Assembly: GCA_964593365.1 (NCBI GenBank)
Contig: CAZQGQ010000001.1
Location: forward strand, 118,629 to 176,383
Direction: 5' to 3'
Source: an uncultured Candidatus Saccharibacteria bacterium
GTDB lineage: Bacteria; Patescibacteriota; Minisyncoccia; Phycocordibacterales; Phycocordibacteraceae
DNA: 57,755 nt
In this document: piece after piece, positions 51,018-57,755 of the stretch
How the letters are laid out: the number at the start of each line of letters is the position of its first letter
How positions within the stretch are numbered: position 1 is the first letter of the stretch
Made by a program: the position numbers and the translations under genes
The notes under the pieces: generated by a model
Database searches by the model: none
The model's input: only the letters and a program-made list of their open reading frames with translations
What the model was told of the DNA's origin: nothing

Positions 51018-52226
51018 ATGTTGTTTTCCTACCGAGCACTCGACACGGACGGGCATGAGAAGTCGGGAAGCGTCGAAGCGCTTTCGATGGACGTCGCCGT
51101 CTCAACTCTCCAGCGCCGAGGCCTCGTCGTTTCCGCGATCGAGCCGTCTAACAAGAAGTCAATCCTTTCAATTGACATAGGATTCTTCAATAGCGTTTCA
51201 AACAAAGAAGTCGTCATCCTCTCGCGCCAGGTCGCGACCTTGTTCCAGGCCCAGGTGTCAGCGCTCCGCATCTTCCGCTTGCTCGCCTCTGAAGTCGATA
51301 ACAAGTATCTGGCAGAGATTCTCACGCAAGTAGCAGACGATCTCCAGGGAGGAAGTCCGATCTCAAAGGCGCTCGCGCGTCATCCAAAAGCGTTCAGCAA
51401 CTTCTACGTGAACATGGTTCGTTCAGGCGAAGAGGCCGGAAAACTCTCAGAGACTTTTACATACCTTGCCGATTATCTTGATCGCACGTACGAAGTGGTG
51501 AACAAGGCGCAGAACGCGCTCATCTATCCTGCCTTCGTCGTCGTGACGTTCATCGTCGTTATGACGCTGATGCTCACGTTGGTGATTCCAAGCATCAGCA
51601 AGATCCTTATCGAATCAGGCCAGGAGATTCCTCTCTATACCCGCATCGTCATCGGGCTCTCGAACTTCCTCGTTAACTACGGAGGATTCTTCCTGATCGC
51701 GCTTGTGATCGGAGGGGTGTTTGCGTACCGTTCCCTAAAGACGACTGCCGGCAAGCTCTTCTTCGACAGCTTGAAGCTTGGCGTCCCGTACCTTGGAGAG
51801 CTCTATGAGAAGCTCTACCTCTCCCGTATCTCAGATAACCTTGCGACGATGCTTGCGTCAGGCGTGCCGGTCGTTGAAGCGGTCGAGATTACTGCGACGG
51901 TCGTTGGAAGCGCTACCTATGAGCTCATTCTCAAAGAAGTAGGGGAGGACGTGAAGGGAGGCCTCTCCATTTCAGACGCGCTCGGGAAGCATCAGGAGAT
52001 TCCAGGCATCATGATCGCCATGATTAAGGTGGGAGAAGAGACCGGAGAACTCGGTAACATCCTCACGACGCTTGCGAAGTTCTATCAGCGCGAAGTTACG
52101 ACTGCCGTCGACACGCTTGTCGACCTCATCGAGCCGCTCATGATCGTGTTCTTGGGTCTTGGTGTCGGAACATTGCTTGCTGCGGTGCTGATTCCGATCT
52201 ACAACCTCGCCGGCTCCATTTCATAG
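51018..52226 (+). CDS. pilC: type IV pilus platform protein PilC (GspF family)
   Basis: 402 aa with two GspF repeats (RQVATLFQAQVSALRIFRLL, ATMLASGVPVVEAVEI) and 3 TM blocks. Confidence 0.92.
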   Translation: MLFSYRALDTDGHEKSGSVEALSMDVAVSTLQRRGLVVSAIEPSNKKSILSIDIGFFNSVSNKEVVILSRQVATLFQAQVSALRIFRLLASEVDNKYLAEILTQVADDLQGGSPISKALARHPKAFSNFYVNMVRSGEEAGKLSETFTYLADYLDRTYEVVNKAQNALIYPAFVVVTFIVVMTLMLTLVIPSISKILIESGQEIPLYTRIVIGLSNFLVNYGGFFLIALVIGGVFAYRSLKTTAGKLFFDSLKLGVPYLGELYEKLYLSRISDNLATMLASGVPVVEAVEITATVVGSATYELILKEVGEDVKGGLSISDALGKHQEIPGIMIAMIKVGEETGELGNILTTLAKFYQREVTTAVDTLVDLIEPLMIVFLGLGVGTLLAAVLIPIYNLAGSIS

Positions 52227-52311
52227 GTTATCCACACGAGGCGCCCCGCTTTGGCTCCTTTCTCGTACAATACAGAGAGCGCATTATCCATTAGCCGCGC
52301 TACTACACATT

Positions 52312-52764
52312 ATGAAATCCGTACTTTCAAAACTAGGACACGCGCGAGGCTTCACGTTGATCGAGCTTCTCGTTGTGATCGCCATTATCGGTATTCTCTC
52401 ATCCGTCGTTCTCGCTTCTTTGAATACAGCACGTTCCAAGGGAACGGACGCTAAGATCCAGAGCGAGATGCGTTCGGTTGCAGTTAACGCCGAGATCTAC
52501 TACGACAACGAGAGTAACAGCTACGGCCCTGCTGCAGACACTTGCGACGAGGGAATGTTCGCTGAAGTCAACCCGAACATCAACCAGATCGTCAACGACT
52601 TGCAGTCAATCTCAGGCGGCATCGCTTGTAACTCAACTGACACTGCATACGCAATCCAGCACGACCTCACTGCTTCAACGACCCAGTCATTCTGCGTCGA
52701 CAGCACCGGTCAGGCCAAGATCGTCGCAGCAACAGTTGATGCAGACGCAACTGCTTGCCCGTAA
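52312..52764 (+). CDS. pilA: type IV (major) pilin
   Basis: The prepilin leader is MKSVLSKLGHARG, followed by FTLIELLVVIAIIGILSSVVLASL with Glu at +5. There are 4 Cys, including a C-terminal C...C loop. A strong terminator follows. Confidence 0.9.
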   Translation: MKSVLSKLGHARGFTLIELLVVIAIIGILSSVVLASLNTARSKGTDAKIQSEMRSVAVNAEIYYDNESNSYGPAADTCDEGMFAEVNPNINQIVNDLQSISGGIACNSTDTAYAIQHDLTASTTQSFCVDSTGQAKIVAATVDADATACP

Positions 52765-52786
52765 TATTCTCTCCTTGTGCACGCAA

Positions 52787-52816
52787 AGAACCCGCCCCAC
52801 GGCGGGTTCTTTCGTT
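52787..52816 (+). terminator. intrinsic terminator/attenuator after the pilin gene
   Basis: AGAACCCGCC-ccac-GGCGGGTTCT followed by TTCGTTT. Confidence 0.7.
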
Positions 52817-52836
52817 TCCCCGTGTATCATGTCTGC

Positions 52837-53598
52837 ATGGTAACGATTGTTACAATCGCCTTCGCTTGTTTTGGCGCTATCATTGCGAGCTTCGTCGGCG
52901 TGATGGTCGAGCGCGTGCACACAGGGCAATCCTGGCAGACAGGGCGCTCGCGATGCGACTCGTGCGCACGACCGCTCTCTCCTCGCGATCTCGTTCCGAT
53001 TCTTTCGTGGCTTTTTGAGCAAGGGAAGTGCAGAACCTGCGGTGCTCGAATCGGCGCGCGCCATATTGTCTTTGAAGCCTGCCTTGCCCTGTTGTTCGCC
53101 CTTTCGTACCTGTCGCTTGGTATATCCCTTGAGCTTGTCTTCTTCCTTCTCTCGCTTGCTGTGCTCGCGTTCATCGTCGCGTACGACCTCAAGCACACCG
53201 TTGTCCCTGCAGTCGCGTCCCTCTTTCTCTTTAGCTTCTCAGCCGCCTTCGCGCTTCTTTCTGCGGGAAGCATCCAGGAGTTTGGCGGCGCGCTTCTTAC
53301 TGCAGGTGCGATTGGTTTTGCCTTTTTCCTTCTTTACGCTTTGTCGTCAGGAAGGGCGATGGGGCTTGGAGACGCGCCTGTCGCGCTCTCCTTGTCCTTG
53401 CTAGTAGCGCCCTACGCGTTTTCAGGACTTCTGTTTTCATTTTGGATCGGAGCGGTTATCGGCATAGCGGTGTTGGTGTTGAGGCGCGGAGGGCCTAAAA
53501 TGGGGATTGAGGTGCCGTTCGTGCCGTTTCTCGCCGTCGGCTATCTTCTCGCCTATTTCACTACATGGAGCCCCTTTCTCGCCGTAAGCGCACTCTGA
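52837..53598 (+). CDS. pilD: prepilin peptidase PilD (A24 family)
   Basis: Starts MVTIVTIAFACFGAIIASFVGV. Contains the CxxC...CxxC box (CDSCARPL...CRTCGARI) and catalytic Asp contexts AYDLKH and GLGDA. The track start at 52777 runs through the terminator. Confidence 0.9.
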   Translation: MVTIVTIAFACFGAIIASFVGVMVERVHTGQSWQTGRSRCDSCARPLSPRDLVPILSWLFEQGKCRTCGARIGARHIVFEACLALLFALSYLSLGISLELVFFLLSLAVLAFIVAYDLKHTVVPAVASLFLFSFSAAFALLSAGSIQEFGGALLTAGAIGFAFFLLYALSSGRAMGLGDAPVALSLSLLVAPYAFSGLLFSFWIGAVIGIAVLVLRRGGPKMGIEVPFVPFLAVGYLLAYFTTWSPFLAVSAL

Positions 53599-54275
53599 CT
53601 CCCGCCATGCGTGGCTTCACCTTGGTCGAGATGCTCGTCGTGTTGGTCATTATCGGGATCGTGACGACCATTGCTTTAGTAGGGCAGTCGACATTCAACA
53701 AGTCGCTCATGCTCACCAACACGGCATATACGGTCGCCCTTTCAATACGCGAAATGCAGTCGCTTGGTCTTTCAAGCCGCAAGTTCACCCTGCAAGGCCA
53801 GAACGTGCAGAACCCAGGCTATGGCGTCCATCTCTCCACCGCAACTCCAGGCTCATACATCCTTTTTGCCGACACGCGGGCGACGCAAGGAATACCAAGC
53901 AACTGCGCTACTGCAGTTGGTACCGTTGGCGCTCCCGATCACAAGCCAGGCAACTGCCTCTATGATTCGATCGGAGCATCGGTCGATGGCATTGTGCGAA
54001 CCTATAACTTCGGCAGAGGGTTCAAGATCGATCACTTCTGCGGGAAAGCCGCTACGACGGGCGATACGATATGTTCAGGGAGCGTTCTGTCAGAGCTCGA
54101 TATCTCGTTCCTTCGCTCGAACACGGAAACCATCATTAACGGCAAGCGCTCAAGCGGCTGGGTCGCGCTCACAAGCGCGGAGATCTATATAAAGGAACCT
54201 GAAGACGGGAACATGCGCGCCATCTGCGTCTCAAGCATAGGCCAGGTATCGGTAACCGGAGACGACTGCCTATGA
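53565..54275 (+). CDS. minor (pseudo)pilin, GspH/FimT-like (alternative start 53607)
   Basis: Prepilin motif ...MRG followed by FTLVEMLVVLVIIGIVTTIAL. 236 aa from the upstream ATG, which overlaps the pilD end. Confidence 0.8.
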   Translation: MEPLSRRKRTLTPAMRGFTLVEMLVVLVIIGIVTTIALVGQSTFNKSLMLTNTAYTVALSIREMQSLGLSSRKFTLQGQNVQNPGYGVHLSTATPGSYILFADTRATQGIPSNCATAVGTVGAPDHKPGNCLYDSIGASVDGIVRTYNFGRGFKIDHFCGKAATTGDTICSGSVLSELDISFLRSNTETIINGKRSSGWVALTSAEIYIKEPEDGNMRAICVSSIGQVSVTGDDCL

Positions 54276-54814
54276 GAACAACCTCTTCCATGCGCGGATA
54301 TACCTTGCTCGAGATGATCGTCTCGGTGGGCATTTTCAGCGTCATTATGCTCGCGGCAACGGGAGCGTATCTGACCTTGATCAGCCTCGATCGGCAGGCG
54401 CGTGCGACAACAGACGTTGTCACGAACCTATCGTTTGCCGTTGATGCCATGTCGCGTGAGATTCGAACGGGCACGGACTATCGCTGCAATAAGACAGGCA
54501 CCAACTGCACGGGCACCTGCTCGACAAGCCGTTCGCTTCGCTTTACTGATGCGCAGGGACGCCAGGTCGACTACGAGCTTTCAGGAGGACAGATCATGGC
54601 ACGAGTTGCAGGAGCGCAGTCAGCGCTCACAGATCCGCGCATCTCCGTGGAGAAATTCTGTTTCTACGTACGAGGGGTGGGCAAGACAGGAGACGAGCGG
54701 ACCATCCAGCCGCAGGTCACTATGACCATCCGCGGGAATATACCGACCAGCAACGGGCAGAACGTCTCCTTTACTATTCAGGGAGGGGCGACCCAGCGAT
54801 TCATTGACCTATGA
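54272..54814 (+). CDS. minor pilin (PulJ/PilW-like)
   Basis: Leader MRTTSSMRG followed by YTLLEMIVSVGIFSVIMLAATGAY. The ATGA overlaps the previous gene. Confidence 0.8.
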   Translation: MRTTSSMRGYTLLEMIVSVGIFSVIMLAATGAYLTLISLDRQARATTDVVTNLSFAVDAMSREIRTGTDYRCNKTGTNCTGTCSTSRSLRFTDAQGRQVDYELSGGQIMARVAGAQSALTDPRISVEKFCFYVRGVGKTGDERTIQPQVTMTIRGNIPTSNGQNVSFTIQGGATQRFIDL

Positions 54815-55374
54815 AAAACCTAAACCACACACGAGGATTTACCTTGATCGAGACCATGGTCGCGATCAGTATCCTTGCGCTCTCGCTTGCAGGTCCCTTC
54901 GTCGCGGTCCGAAGCGCACTTGGCGGCTCCTATGTCGCGCGCGATCAGCTCATCGCTTCCGCGCTCGCGCAGGAGGGCCTTGAATACATACGAAGTATTC
55001 GTGATAACAACTACCTTGAAGGAGGCGCTAGCACATGGATGAGCGGTCTTTCTTCTAAGCTCTGCTATGGAAACGCTCCTACACGCTACTGCACGGTCGA
55101 TCCGAACTTGGGTGACACTCCAGCTGCGATCGTCGAGTACACGTCTATCACCCCTGGAAACTGCAATGCCGGCGCCCGCTGCCTCTACATTTCTGCAAAC
55201 GATCTCTATAACCAGCAAAACGACGGAACGGTTTCTTCCCGTCAGTTCAAGCGCGTGGTGCAGTTGTTCCGCCTGAGCGATACTGAGGTGCGCGTGGTCG
55301 TCGAGGTGCACTGGTCAACGTCTGGGAAAGCGTACACGGTCACGGTAACTGATACCCTTCGAGATTGGCTATGA
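54811..55374 (+). CDS. minor pilin (PilV/GspI-like)
   Basis: Leader MKNLNHTRG followed by FTLIETMVAISILALSLAG. Confidence 0.8.
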   Translation: MKNLNHTRGFTLIETMVAISILALSLAGPFVAVRSALGGSYVARDQLIASALAQEGLEYIRSIRDNNYLEGGASTWMSGLSSKLCYGNAPTRYCTVDPNLGDTPAAIVEYTSITPGNCNAGARCLYISANDLYNQQNDGTVSSRQFKRVVQLFRLSDTEVRVVVEVHWSTSGKAYTVTVTDTLRDWL

Positions 55375-55835
55375 TTCACACACTTCCACAACGCGGGTTC
55401 ACCCTCCTCATCGCCGTCGTCTTGGCGTCGGTGTCCCTTTCCATCGGTATGGCGCTTCTTGATATTGCGTTGAAGCAGGTGATCCTCTCGTCTAGCGCCA
55501 GGCAGTCGCAGATCGCTTTTTATAACGCTGATAGCGTGCTCGAGTGCGCCCTCTACTACGATCAGCATGACCAGCTTGATACATTCGGCTATGCCAAGAC
55601 CTCAAGTCCTAATATTTCCTGCAACGGCGTCTCTAATATTCCTGTCTCCTTTACGAGCGGATCGGGAACCAGGGAGCGCCGCTTTACCGTCCCATGTGCG
55701 ACCGGAGGAACGGCAGGAGAAGTCATCATCACCAAGGACAGCGACGCGACGACCGGCATCTACGCAACAGGCTTCAATACCTGCAACGTAGCGAACGAGC
55801 GCCGTATCGAGCGCGGACTCAAGGTCACGTACTAA
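55365..55835 (+). CDS. minor pilin (PilX-like)
   Basis: Leader MAMIHTLPQRG followed by FTLLIAVVLASVSLSIGMALL. There is no Glu at +5. Confidence 0.7.
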   Translation: MAMIHTLPQRGFTLLIAVVLASVSLSIGMALLDIALKQVILSSSARQSQIAFYNADSVLECALYYDQHDQLDTFGYAKTSSPNISCNGVSNIPVSFTSGSGTRERRFTVPCATGGTAGEVIITKDSDATTGIYATGFNTCNVANERRIERGLKVTY

Positions 55836-55844
55836 TACCTCGCT

Positions 55845-55853
55845 TGGTATACT
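55845..55853 (+). promoter_or_regulatory. extended -10 (TGgTATACT) 8 nt before ligA ATG
   Basis: Sequence CTTGGTATACTggaggcacATG. The GGAGG between the box and the ATG could alternatively act as an SD site if transcription reads through from the pilin genes. Confidence 0.4.
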
Positions 55854-55861
55854 GGAGGCAC

Positions 55862-57755
55862 ATGAGCCTTCCGCAGGATATACAGGAGCGTGCGAAAAAG
55901 CTCCGCGCCCTCATACGCGAATATCGCGCGGCCTATCACGAGCGGGACGAGTCTCCCATTTCTCCAGAAGCCCTCGACTCATTGAAGCGAGAGCTCTCTG
56001 AGCTTGAGGCGCAATATCCCGAGCTTCTCAGTAACGATTCCCCAACGCAGCGCGTTGCAGGGAAAGCCCTTCCCGAACTCACAAAGACCAAGCACGCGCT
56101 ACGCCAGTGGTCTTTGGATGACGCCTTTGATGAAGGAGATATCCGCGCGTTCGATGAACGGGTTCGCAAGCAGCTCGAAAAAGCAGGAGACGCCAAAAAG
56201 CCCGACTATGTCTGCGAGCTCAAGATCGACGGCCTGCATATCGTCCTTACGTACAAGAAAGGAGAGCTCGTGCTTGCGGCAACGCGAGGCGATGGGGTGA
56301 TCGGGGAAGATGTGACGCATACGGTGCGCACCATCCATGACATACCGGAGCGCCTTACTCGGTCAGTCGATCTGGTCGTCGAGGGAGAGATTTACATGAG
56401 CCGTGCCGGATTTCTAAAACTGAACGAACGGCGCCTCAAGGAAGGAGCTGCGCTTTTCGCAAATCCTCGTAACGTCGCTGCCGGATCGGTGCGCCAGCTT
56501 GATCCGGCCGTCGCTGCTGCTCGTCCTCTTGGCGCGTTCCTCTACGACATCGGGAGTCTCGAGGGAGCCCCAATGCCAGAGACCCAGAGCGAGGAACTGG
56601 CATATCTGAAGAAGCTCGGTCTTCCGGTGAATCCGCACTCCAAAACAGTGAAGAACGTCGAAGAGATGCTCGCGTTCTGGCAGGATTGGCATGGGGAGAA
56701 GCGCGAAGGAAAGGACTATCTCATCGATGGGGTAGTGGTCAAAGTCGAGAAGCGTAGCCAGCAGGAAGCGCTGGGCTACACGGGCAAAAGCCCGCGCTAC
56801 GCGATAGCGCTCAAGTTTGCTGCAGAGCAAGTGACAACGATCATCGAAGACATCGGGCTGCAGATCGGACGCACGGGCAAGCTGACGCCTGTTGCGCATC
56901 TTGTCCCGGTATCAGTCGCAGGCTCAACGGTCGCGCGCGCCACTTTGCATAACGAGGACTTTATAAAAGCCAAGGACATTCGCATTGGCGATACGGTCAT
57001 CTTGCAGAAGGCGGGCGACATCATCCCAGAAATCGTAGAAGTGTTGAAAGACCTTAGAAGCGGAAAAGAAAAGGCGTGGTCTTTCCCGACGCACTCCAAC
57101 TTGTGCGGAGGAGACGGGAAGACTGAGCGCATTCCTGGAGAAGCTGCGCATCGATGCGCAGTGCGCGGATCCTATGCGGAACAGGCGCTGCGGCTCGCGC
57201 ACTTTGTCGGCAAGAGCGCCCTTGATATCGACGGATTCGGAGAGAAGACCGTTACGCTTCTGATGGAGCACGAGCTTGTCGCAGACTTCGCTGACATCTT
57301 CGAACTTACGCGAGACGAGCTCTTAGGCCTTCCAGGCATCAAGGACAAGTCTGCAGACAATCTGCTCAAAGCAATCGATGCTGCTCGCTCGGTGTCGCTT
57401 GACCGGTTCTTGGTCGGGCTCTCGATCGATCACGTGGGCGCTGAGACCGCGCTCTTGCTTGCAAGGAAATTCAATTCGCTCATGACTCTCTCTCAAGCGG
57501 ACGAGGAAGATCTTCTGAAGATCAAAGGAATCGGAGAGACGGTCGCGAAAGCGGTCGTGCGATGGTTTAGGAATACCTCGAATAAGGCCCTCGTGAAGCG
57601 TCTTGCAGAGCACCTCAAGGTCGAGCGAGTCGAGGACCCGAGGAAGGGAGGCGCGCTCGATGGGCAAACAGTCGTAGTCACCGGCACGTTGCCGACTCTT
57701 TCTCGCGAGGAGGCTTCAGCCATGGTTAAAAAAGCGGGAGGCACGGTCGCTGGCA
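55862..57755 (+). CDS. ligA: NAD-dependent DNA ligase LigA (3' end cut by window edge)
   Basis: Open frame from ATG 55862 to the window end; it is absent from the ORF track because no stop is reached. Starts MSLPQDIQERAKKLRALIREYRAAYHERDESPISPEALDSL. The adenylation motif is CELKIDGL, followed by ATRGDG, an OB fold, a Zn-finger Cys cluster (CGGDG...C) and HhH repeats. Confidence 0.93.
   Translation, partial: MSLPQDIQERAKKLRALIREYRAAYHERDESPISPEALDSLKRELSELEAQYPELLSNDSPTQRVAGKALPELTKTKHALRQWSLDDAFDEGDIRAFDERVRKQLEKAGDAKKPDYVCELKIDGLHIVLTYKKGELVLAATRGDGVIGEDVTHTVRTIHDIPERLTRSVDLVVEGEIYMSRAGFLKLNERRLKEGAALFANPRNVAAGSVRQLDPAVAAARPLGAFLYDIGSLEGAPMPETQSEELAYLKKLGLPVNPHSKTVKNVEEMLAFWQDWHGEKREGKDYLIDGVVVKVEKRSQQEALGYTGKSPRYAIALKFAAEQVTTIIEDIGLQIGRTGKLTPVAHLVPVSVAGSTVARATLHNEDFIKAKDIRIGDTVILQKAGDIIPEIVEVLKDLRSGKEKAWSFPTHSNLCGGDGKTERIPGEAAHRCAVRGSYAEQALRLAHFVGKSALDIDGFGEKTVTLLMEHELVADFADIFELTRDELLGLPGIKDKSADNLLKAIDAARSVSLDRFLVGLSIDHVGAETALLLARKFNSLMTLSQADEEDLLKIKGIGETVAKAVVRWFRNTSNKALVKRLAEHLKVERVEDPRKGGALDGQTVVVTGTLPTLSREEASAMVKKAGGTVAG

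Noticed and set aside
52227-52311. A sigma54-type (GG-N10-GC) promoter upstream of the pilin gene, as is common for type IV pilins.
   Set aside because: The only TGGC tract (TTGGCTCCTTTCTCG) lacks the -12 GC element at the right spacing. No RpoN-type activator is nearby. No confident promoter call was made.
1-57755. CRISPR arrays, transposases/IS elements, integrases, prophage genes, toxin-antitoxin pairs and known defence systems.
   Set aside because: Scanning intergenic regions and ORF translations revealed no direct-repeat/spacer arrays, no DDE or tyrosine/serine recombinase motifs and no recognisable defence genes. The intergenic hairpins with similar A4-stem-loop-stem-T4 design are ordinary bidirectional terminators, not a repeat family.

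Overview
This 57.8-kb window is compact, mostly housekeeping bacterial DNA of fairly high GC. I infer a CPR/Patescibacteria-like (Parcubacteria-type) organism from four observations: no L30 gene in the ribosomal cluster, no Shine-Dalgarno sites, a secretin-less pilus plus comF, and many small secreted proteins. No rRNA marker is present, so this stays an inference.

Layout:
(1) 1-11.5 kb holds the S10/spc ribosomal-protein cluster, running L4-L23-L2 | S19-L22-S3-L16-L29-S17-L14-L24-L5 | S14-S8-L6-L18-S5-L15-SecY. It is interrupted twice by foreign cassettes, each bounded by terminators.
(2) 11.5-25 kb holds gmk, adk, map, ndk, a CYTH protein, a beta-CASP MBL nuclease, infC-rpmI-rplT, and assorted membrane and hypothetical genes.
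(3) 25-33 kb holds ssrA (tmRNA), smpB, ftsH, tRNA-Ile(UAU), recG and a cell-wall amidase.
(4) 33-40 kb holds two repeat-domain secreted proteins, malic enzyme, endonuclease V and a CHASE4-type histidine kinase.
(5) 40.5-55.8 kb holds tRNA-Ser, comF and a complete secretin-less type IV pilus/competence locus: pilM, N-like, O-like, pilB, a receiver protein, pilT, pilC, a pilin, pilD and 4 minor pilins. An AT-rich seven-gene insertion splits this locus.
(6) ligA is cut by the window edge.

I saw no CRISPR array, transposase, integrase or recognisable defence system, and I cannot point to a clear-cut novel system. The most interesting signals are:
- the AT-rich HIT/YbaK/CofE-like/hydrolase island inside the pilus operon;
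- a pervasive extended -10 motif placed 6-9 nt before ATG, implying leaderless mRNAs, together with TAA-N(1-9)-ATG coupling without SD sites;
- a tRNA-Ile with anticodon UAU;
- a candidate ~170-nt structured sRNA;
- duplicated CofE-like and YdeN-like genes;
- a stand-alone receiver gene wedged between the pilus ATPases.

CDS coordinates follow the supplied ORF track. Hand-indexed coordinates of RNAs, promoters and terminators may be off by 1-2 nt.
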